DNA of 64,000 nt from Macrostomum hystrix (lineage: Eukaryota > Animalia > Platyhelminthes): contig CATNEN010000030.1 in the NCBI GenBank assembly GCA_950097015.1, forward strand, positions 1,054,001 through 1,118,000, read 5' to 3'. Shown piece by piece: positions 57,106 through 64,000 of the stretch; position 1 is the stretch's first letter; every line of letters starts with the position of its first letter. The translations under genes and the position numbers were made by a program. Under the pieces are notes generated by a model. It had not been told where the DNA came from. It made no database searches and saw only the letters and a program-made list of their open reading frames with translations.

Positions 57106-58692
57106 CAATAAAAATACTAATAGACAAAAAATTATTATAGGCTACAGACCTATAATTAGTGCTATTTTGTGCTTTTAGTGCTAATTAGTACTAAATTCAA
57201 ACTAGCTTGTTAAAATACTTCCAAATTCGTTTTGTTCCCAAATTTTTATGTTATTTCTTCTTAAACTTGACAATACTTTTAGATCTCAAGGAAACATAAA
57301 ATCTATTTGGATTTTCATATAGAAAAAAACTATTCATATAATAAATTTTGCATTGCCCGTGCAATATGAAACTTTTAAGGTTAAAAGCCTAAGTTTCTTA
57401 TAATTTAGTACAAGATGTTATCCAAAGATATATGGCATTCAACTTCAATCAGTTCGTACAAATGGTCAAGAAACACACATTCGACAAAACAAAGTAACCC
57501 TAGAAACTATAATCCATTCTTGGATTATTAAAAAAACGATGTACATCGAGATAGAAGTTATTTTGAATTCTACTCATAATTGATATTTAGTACACACATT
57601 ATCAATTTAATCAGAGAAAAAGAGAAATAAAAAATATATATGTAGTATGTTTTTTATCAAGAACTTCGACCAAAACAAAGTTACTGAAAAAACAGTGATT
57701 AGGACAGGACAAATGTCATACATAAGACGCATATAAAAACATATTAGACTGTCCAAGATGCTATATATCTTGGATCATTTGTACGTATTAGGCGTGATTG
57801 TAAAATAAATTTTAATGCATCGGGTCGGGTCAAAACTCAAGAGTAGAAAATCTAAGAGTAGAAAATCTACTGGAAATCTTGGAAATAGTTGCAAGTTAAA
57901 CTCGTGCCTTTTTACCATCGTCATTTATATTTCAAATACGCTCGTAGTTCCGGCAAGATGCGTTTTTGCCAAATAGATTCTGTTGGATAATTTTTCTTCA
58001 AGACACTTTCATTAAACAAGCCAAGACCATCAGAGCTACAGAAAAATGGCAGTCAAATATCAGTAGCAGTGCAGAAATGATATTGGTGCAATATTACAAC
58101 AGTGGTTATACTATACAGTGATCCTTGATTATTTCTATGTGCGATTCGACAAAATTAAAACTCAAAAGTAATAAGCATCACATGAGCAAACAAAAAATTA
58201 TGAATTATTTTTAATAAACGTTTAGAATGGAAGCTGCCAGTCAAGCTCGTAATATTTATAATCTGTAAATTATCATAATTTCATTAGTGCCAATTTTCCA
58301 ACAAATTTTCCGAAGAAGCTCGACTCGATCCCTCTGTATGAACACAACGTGTAACGTATGTTATGTACGCATGTAATGTAACATGTAACATGATGTAACG
58401 CAAAACTGCGACTCTCTGGATAGCTGTCAAATGTCTGCTGGTTTTGGATTTGCGTTTGTCTAATTTGAACATTCAAATGCTAGCTGGTCTTAAAATACAC
58501 TGTTGAAAATGAATATTAAGTTGTATAAATTGAATATCAGGTGTGTTAAAATAGAATAGGAAAATGTGTAGTATGAGCATCTTTTGTTAGTTTGAATTCT
58601 AGGTCAACTTTAATGCCATTGTTGTGTACGTGTGCCATATTGCTTTGATCTATTTTTAGATTTGAAGGAGAGAAAAATCCGGGTGGGCCAGC

Positions 58693-59060
58693 GGGGGTCG
58701 CTGGAAGAGCGATTATCGCGTTTGCCTCTCTCGCCAAGGTCCCTCGCCAAGGAACTCGCCAAGTTCGATTCCGCGACAAGGCGACATTTTTTGGGGTGCA
58801 GCCGCGGAGAGAAAGCTTGGGGGCTTGTCGTGCAATTTACGCCCTTGAGAGCCAACCTCCAAGGCACAGTGAAAGTGTACACTGCCTGACGATGAGAAAG
58901 TCAAGGCAAATGTACACACCTGTTTGAGCGTGTGCCGGCGTGTATCTGTGTGCGTGTGTGCTCAGGAGCCAGCGAAATGGGCAGAATTGCCTCCTCGCTG
59001 GTAGCGAGTCTAGTGTCACCAAATAATGTGCTATTGCCCGCAGCCCTCCTGTAATTATTT
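58693..59060 (+). mobile_element. SINE family 1, full-length copy
   Basis: GGGGGTCGCTGGAAGAGCG head, B-box GTTCGATTCC near 58763, shared body, tail CAGCCCTCCTGTAATTATT. Confidence 0.88.
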
Positions 59061-59202
59061 TTCTTGTAGTATAGTTATTTTATTTCCTGGCGTGAATCTT
59101 GGACCACCCCTGCGGCTCAAGGACTCTCCGCGTGTCCAGTGGAAACATTTGGGAGTCGGAAAATTGAGATAAATCGCGCTACCTCCATTCTTCATTTCTG
59201 CA

Positions 59203-62200
59203 TTATAGCCATTGTATTTGCAGAGCCATTATATTTGCAGAGCCATTATATTTGCAGAGCCATTATATTTGCACATCTGTGCAAATAGTGTCGACACCTC
59301 CTGGCATCGTGGTCAGCCTATCAGGCCGCGGATGACCTCGGTTGGCTCGGACGGCCGCGCCTCGGCTGCGGCAGCCAAGATCGGCACATCAGGGACGAGC
59401 AGAGGACAGCGCAGCGCACGCCGTCGCACTGAGCGGCGACGTGAGCGCAACCGGCGTGGGCGACTTCGCGGTGCTTCAAGACGCCAGTTGCCCCCGGTCT
59501 CTGCCGCTTCTGAATCGGATCCGCCGGGTGGCGCCGGGGACCGTGAGGCCCAACGTCATCGGGCCCTAGCCGTACCAGGTGGTCGCCTCAGGCTCGGCAC
59601 GCTGAACTGCCGGACCCTGAAGGCCCCCTGGCGTCGCACTCTGCTCGTCCAGCTGGCCCACGACCTACAGCTGGACCTCATAATGCTGCAGGAGGTCTCT
59701 ATTGTGGCGGAGCCAGGCCTTCAAAATGAGGACCTTGGAGCCGGATGGAGCCTCTTGTACACGTCGGCAGACGGCCGCGGGCGTGGCGGCGTCGGCGTGC
59801 TGATCGGACCGCGCCTTCGGCAGAGCGTGCACTGCGCCCCACTCTCCCCGCGTCTGCTGCGGGTTGACCTGCGCCTGCGCACTCGCTGCATTCGGCTCTT
59901 CTGCGCGTACGCCCCTACGGCTGCCCACCCGGATGAAGCTCTCGCCTTTTTCGAGTTTCTGGCCGGACAGCTGGAAGAGGTGCCAAACCGCGACACGCTG
60001 GTGGTGCTCGGAGACCTAAACGCAGTTCCACGTAGGTCCGAACGATCGCCTTTCGTTACGGGACGCGAGAACGCCAACACGGATGCGCTGGAGGACCTAC
60101 TAGAACGGCTGGACCTGATGTCAATTAACACCCGTTTCCGCAAGCCACCGGCCCGCCTGGTCACCTTCGCGGGCTGCAAGAGGAGACGACGGAACGCTCG
60201 AGGACGGAATGCCACGAGGCGGCTGGCGCAACTCGATCATGCGCTGGTCCGCGCTCGCGAGCACCGCCGCGTCATCAACTGCGACACCATGGCTCCGCTG
60301 GCTCTCCGGTCTGACCACCGACTCCTGCTCTGCGACCTGCGGCTCAACGACCCGCTCTACCGACCTCCGAAGCAGCGGCCACGGCGCTACTATCGTGCCT
60401 TGTTGGACTCCCGCGTAAAGTACCAATTCGCGGGCGCCTTCGCTGGCGCGCTTGGAAACCAGCGCGAAGCGGAGTACGCCGACATCAGCACTGCCGTGAG
60501 AACTGCAGCTGAGAAGACGGTCCCGCTGATGCGACCGGCGGAGCGGACGCAGCCAGTCTGGCAGAGCGATCCAACGATCAGGCAGGCGCGGCTAAAGATC
60601 GAGCGACTCCGAAGATCCCGACGGCCCACTGGTGACGCCGAGGAGGCGCTCGCGCGTCTTCTGGACACGCGGCAGCAGGCCGCAGTCGACGACGCCATCC
60701 AGTCCATCACAGCAGCTGGCCCCGACGTGAGGAGCCGCGCAGTGTGGACGGCCGTTCGGACCCTTACGGGGCGCAAGAGGCGTGTGGCGCTAAATCTGGC
60801 CGGCGACACTCCGGAGGAGCGCAGGAATGAATTGCGCGACTTCTTCGCCGGCATTGTAAACGCACCCTCGCCCCCGCTGCCAGCCAGTTTCGCACTGCCG
60901 ACGGACACGGCCCTGCCAGCTGAGGAGGATTTTCGCACCAGCCCAGTCACTGTGGAGGATGTTGTACGGTTCGCTCGGAGAACATCTGGCGGCAAGGCGC
61001 TCGGCCCCGACGAGGTTCCGGTCGAGGCGCTGCGGCTCCGCTGTGTGGCTTCCCAAGTCACAAGCGCCATGAACCGCGTGCTCGCCGGCGCCCCTGCGCC
61101 CACCGAGTGGACCGTAGCACACATCGTGCCGATCCCGAAGAAGGCCGGGACAACGCGGAAAGAAGATCACCGCGGGATCTCGCTTATGTCCTGCACCGCA
61201 AAGCTTTTCAACCGACTGCTTCTCGATCGCCTGCAGTCGGTGCTGGACCCGTACCTCCGTTACGAGCAGAACGGGTTCCGGCCACAGCGCGGTACAGTAA
61301 CCCAGATCCTCGCACTCCGCCGTGTCATCGAGGAGGCGCGCATCCGCCAGTCAACGCTGATCGTCGTGTTTGTCGACTTCCGCAAGGCGTTTGACTCGGT
61401 GTCGAGGGCCGCGCTTCCACTAGTCCTTCGTGCCTACCGGGTCCCAGAGCAGCTAGTCGCCGCTGTCATGTCGCTGTATCGCGACACGCGCGCTGCTGTT
61501 GTTACGGCGGACGGCCTGTCCGACCTGTTTGCCACCTCGTCAGGAGTGCTGCAGGGCGACACGCTGGCCCCGTTCCTCTTCGTGCTTCTCCTGGACTGGG
61601 TGCTTCGGACTGCGCTCCCCTCGGCTGAAGACGGCTTCCTGCTACGCAGACGCATCGGTCGCCGCCACGATGAGAAGCGCCTCAGTGTGCTTGGCTACGC
61701 CGACGACCTCGCCCTCTTGTCCTCGACTGTCGAAGGTGCCCAGCGCCAGATTGACAGGTTGGCTGAGGTGGCATCAAGCGTCGGCCTAGTGATCAACACG
61801 CTTAAGACCGAGGTGCTGACCGTGCCGGCCGACATCCCAGCGGACCTGACGTGCCGCGGCGCAGACGGGCAGATCATCTCGCTCGCACGCTGCCAGCGCT
61901 TCACTTACCTCGGCGGTCTGGTGCCCAACGTGGAAGACGACATCCGGCGGCGCAGAGGACTCGCATGGGCGGCCTACCGTTCGATCCGGGCCGTCCTCCA
62001 GTCCACAGCGCTGCCTGACCGCCAGAGGGCTCGGCTGTGGCAGGCGGTGATCGAGACCGTCCTGCTGTACAACGCCGAGTCGTGGACGCTGACGGCTACG
62101 CTGGAGCGGCAGCTGGACTCGGCGCACTCGGGGCTGCTCCGTGCGGCCTTTCAAGCTGACGAGAGCGTCGGGACGGAGGCTCTGTACGAGAGAGCTCAGC

Positions 62201-62500
62201 TGCAACGCCCGTCCACCATCCTGCGCCAGCGACGACTTCGACTAGCGGGCCACGTCATTCGGGCCGAAAGCTACTGCCGCCAGCCCGCCCAGGACGTCCT
62301 TCTGCTCACCCTGCAGGGCCCGTTCAGGCGCGGCCAGGCTCGGACCCGCCGCTACGTCGACTGCCTGCTGAGCGACGCCAGGGCGCCCGACACTGCCTCC
62401 GGCGCGGACCATGTTCGCGCGCTGGCTCTGCGGCGCATCATTTGACGCCGCCCCCCTGACGTTTGGGGCTTGCGTATTTTGTTGTTGTTGTTGTTGTTGT
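59203..62500 (+). mobile_element. Apparently full-length RTE-like non-LTR retrotransposon (single APE-RT ORF)
   Basis: TSD CATTTCTGCA at 59193-59202 and 62501-62510; short 3' UTR ending in (GTT)n; one uninterrupted ORF. Confidence 0.93.
59332..62445 (+). CDS. LINE polyprotein: apurinic-like endonuclease plus reverse transcriptase, ~1037 aa from the first ATG
   Basis: APE motifs GTLNCRTL, MLQE, GVGVLI, AYAPT, VLGDLNA, LDH, SDH; RT motifs KALGPD, PIPKK, RGISL, QNGFR, FVDFRKAFDSV, GVLQGDTLAPFLF, YADD, FTYLG; C-terminal RLRLAGHVIR. Confidence 0.96.
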   Translation: MTSVGSDGRASAAAAKIGTSGTSRGQRSARRRTERRRERNRRGRLRGASRRQLPPVSAASESDPPGGAGDREAQRHRALAVPGGRLRLGTLNCRTLKAPWRRTLLVQLAHDLQLDLIMLQEVSIVAEPGLQNEDLGAGWSLLYTSADGRGRGGVGVLIGPRLRQSVHCAPLSPRLLRVDLRLRTRCIRLFCAYAPTAAHPDEALAFFEFLAGQLEEVPNRDTLVVLGDLNAVPRRSERSPFVTGRENANTDALEDLLERLDLMSINTRFRKPPARLVTFAGCKRRRRNARGRNATRRLAQLDHALVRAREHRRVINCDTMAPLALRSDHRLLLCDLRLNDPLYRPPKQRPRRYYRALLDSRVKYQFAGAFAGALGNQREAEYADISTAVRTAAEKTVPLMRPAERTQPVWQSDPTIRQARLKIERLRRSRRPTGDAEEALARLLDTRQQAAVDDAIQSITAAGPDVRSRAVWTAVRTLTGRKRRVALNLAGDTPEERRNELRDFFAGIVNAPSPPLPASFALPTDTALPAEEDFRTSPVTVEDVVRFARRTSGGKALGPDEVPVEALRLRCVASQVTSAMNRVLAGAPAPTEWTVAHIVPIPKKAGTTRKEDHRGISLMSCTAKLFNRLLLDRLQSVLDPYLRYEQNGFRPQRGTVTQILALRRVIEEARIRQSTLIVVFVDFRKAFDSVSRAALPLVLRAYRVPEQLVAAVMSLYRDTRAAVVTADGLSDLFATSSGVLQGDTLAPFLFVLLLDWVLRTALPSAEDGFLLRRRIGRRHDEKRLSVLGYADDLALLSSTVEGAQRQIDRLAEVASSVGLVINTLKTEVLTVPADIPADLTCRGADGQIISLARCQRFTYLGGLVPNVEDDIRRRRGLAWAAYRSIRAVLQSTALPDRQRARLWQAVIETVLLYNAESWTLTATLERQLDSAHSGLLRAAFQADESVGTEALYERAQLQRPSTILRQRRLRLAGHVIRAESYCRQPAQDVLLLTLQGPFRRGQARTRRYVDCLLSDARAPDTASGADHVRALALRRII

Positions 62501-63353
62501 CATTTCTGCAATTTGTCTTAATTCAGCCGCTGCTACGAGCTACTATTGAAACGCTTTGTGGGTCACCGACCCCGGTGATAGACAATAGCGCCGACCATTA
62601 AACACTTTTACGCTATAGTCGGTTGCCTAGGGCAATATGTAATATATGTAATATATCCGACAAATATTACACTAGATATAATGAAAAGAAATGAAAGAAA
62701 GCTCTGTAAACCATTTTTATCGCCTTAGACGTTCAGACACATTGTAGACTATTCTTTTCCTTTTATTTTATGTCTCATAATGCGACGTTCGTCTTCGACA
62801 TTTATAAGAGCGTTTGTTATATTCACTGACTATTTTACGACTTGAATATTTCTACGAGACGAAAGTATATGAACCCATTTTGCAGAGTGGGTACAAACTC
62901 ATTTTACGAGTAATAACTAAAATTAACTTAACCAGGTGATATTATCCTAATGTCAACATATTTTTTGTCTTGGTGCACAATTAATTGCCATGCCTTTTCC
63001 AGGACTCACTATCACACGTACAATTTCTTATTGTTCCAAATCCAACCTAGATGAGGTATGTGGCGCTTGTTTTAACGAATAAAACAAATACACTGAAGGT
63101 AAAACCAATAAAACCAAGAATAGCTTAGCACATGATTGCCCTAAAGCTCGACCACTCGGCAAAATATATTTACGAGTAGAATAATCTGCCTTGATAAATG
63201 TATACAACAGAATGCCAAGTGGAATGAAAACAAATAGATAAAGCAGTACTGTTAGAAAGCAGGACCATTCATCTAATATTTATAGAGCACCCACAGGATG
63301 CCAAACTAACGGTAGTAAGGTAAGAAAAGCATGAATCTTCACCTTGCTTGCAG

Positions 63354-64000
63354 AAACGGCAGCAGAGAGGCTGTGGAGGCGCTGCTGAAGTCGGGTGCAA
63401 ACCCGGACGCTCGCGACTCCATGGGACGGACGCCGCTGTGGGTGGCAAGCGAAAAAGGTTTCGTAGCTGCCATGGAGCCGCTGTTGAAAGCCGGGGCACA
63501 GGTGGATTGTGCACAGAGTGATGGAGCAACGCCAATTTTCGCGGCAGCACAAGGCGGTGGCGACGCAGCAGTGGCGAAGCTGCTGGATGCGGGTGCGAAT
63601 CCGAACATCCGGCGTCAGGATGGATGCGGGCCATTGCTGATCGCTACACAGACGGGACACGCGGGTGTCGTTTGTTGCCTGCTGGATGCTGGAGCTGAGG
63701 TCAACCTGAGACGGGGGGACAACTCGTCACCACTGCTGATATCGGCTCAATACGGGCAACAGAGTGTGCTAGAGATGCTACTAAATTCGGGACCTGATCT
63801 TCATCTACCGAACAGGAACGGCTCAGGCCCGCTCTATGCAGCCTGCTGTTTCGGCTACACTGCCGCAGTAAAAAAGCTGCACCTGGCTGGAGCTGAGGTC
63901 AACCAATGGAATAGCCTCGGCCTCACGCCTCTGCACAAAGGATCAGAGAACGGACACTCGGAGCTGGTGAATCTGCTGATCGAAATCGGAGCCCAAGTCG
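63354..64000 (+). CDS. Ankyrin-repeat protein exon (at least 6 ANK repeats), runs off the right edge
   Basis: Acceptor ttcaccttgcttgcAG at 63352-63353; open frame NGSREAVEALLKSGANPDARDSMGRTPLWVASEKG...GLTPLHKGSENGHSELVNLLIEIGAQV with 33-aa periodicity. A possible small upstream exon lies at 63286-63319 (AG...AAG|GTAAGA). Confidence 0.92.

Noticed and set aside
57921-58035. Possible terminal exon on the minus strand (SDGLGLFNESVLKKNYPTESIWQKRILPELRAYLKYK*)
   Set aside because: The acceptor is plausible, but it is only 37 codons with no recognisable family and no partner exon; compatible with chance.
58610-58882. Similar small ORFs (MYTFTV.WRLALKGVNCTTSPQAFSPRL) at 30192, 32196 and 58610 as a gene family
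   Set aside because: They are antisense translations of SINE family 1 copies.
59212-59331. TTG start of the LINE ORF as given in the ORF track
   Set aside because: It falls in the 5' tandem repeats; the first in-frame ATG is at 59332.
59203-59400. HDV-like ribozyme at the LINE 5' end
   Set aside because: I could not find a P1/P3/L3/P1.1 arrangement by eye; a covariance-model search would be needed.

Overview
This is a eukaryotic (metazoan) genomic window with GC-rich exons, AT-rich introns and about two dozen distinct minisatellite arrays. That architecture is most reminiscent of a free-living flatworm such as Macrostomum (inference only). Spliced genes assembled by hand from GT-AG signals and reading phase: (1) the 5' end of a mitochondrial-type carbamoyl-phosphate synthetase (CPS1-like, minus strand, running off the left edge); (2) a RILP-like gene (minus, 21607 to 4967, 5-6 coding exons); (3) EB1/MAPRE (plus, 23944 to 26147, 4 exons, head-to-head with RILPL); (4) a PKNOX/Prep TALE homeobox gene (minus, at least 4 exons, N-terminal exon unresolved); (5) an ankyrin-repeat exon running off the right edge. 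Mobile DNA: an intact single-ORF APE-RT (RTE-like) LINE with a 10-bp target-site duplication, two tRNA-derived SINE families (one with a CORE-like block), a hAT-type MITE with an 8-bp TSD, and a lone hAT-like end. Most long ORFs in the supplied track are tandem-repeat artefacts. No CRISPR array, rRNA or intact tRNA gene was found. The most intriguing unexplained signals are a 40-bp x ~44 array built from consensus splice donor and acceptor sequences, a cluster of Pbx-Prep composite sites across the Prep locus, minisatellites carrying perfect transcription-factor motifs, and a SINE hairpin containing a collapsed hammerhead-like core. All coordinates were counted by hand, and repeat boundaries and copy numbers are approximate.
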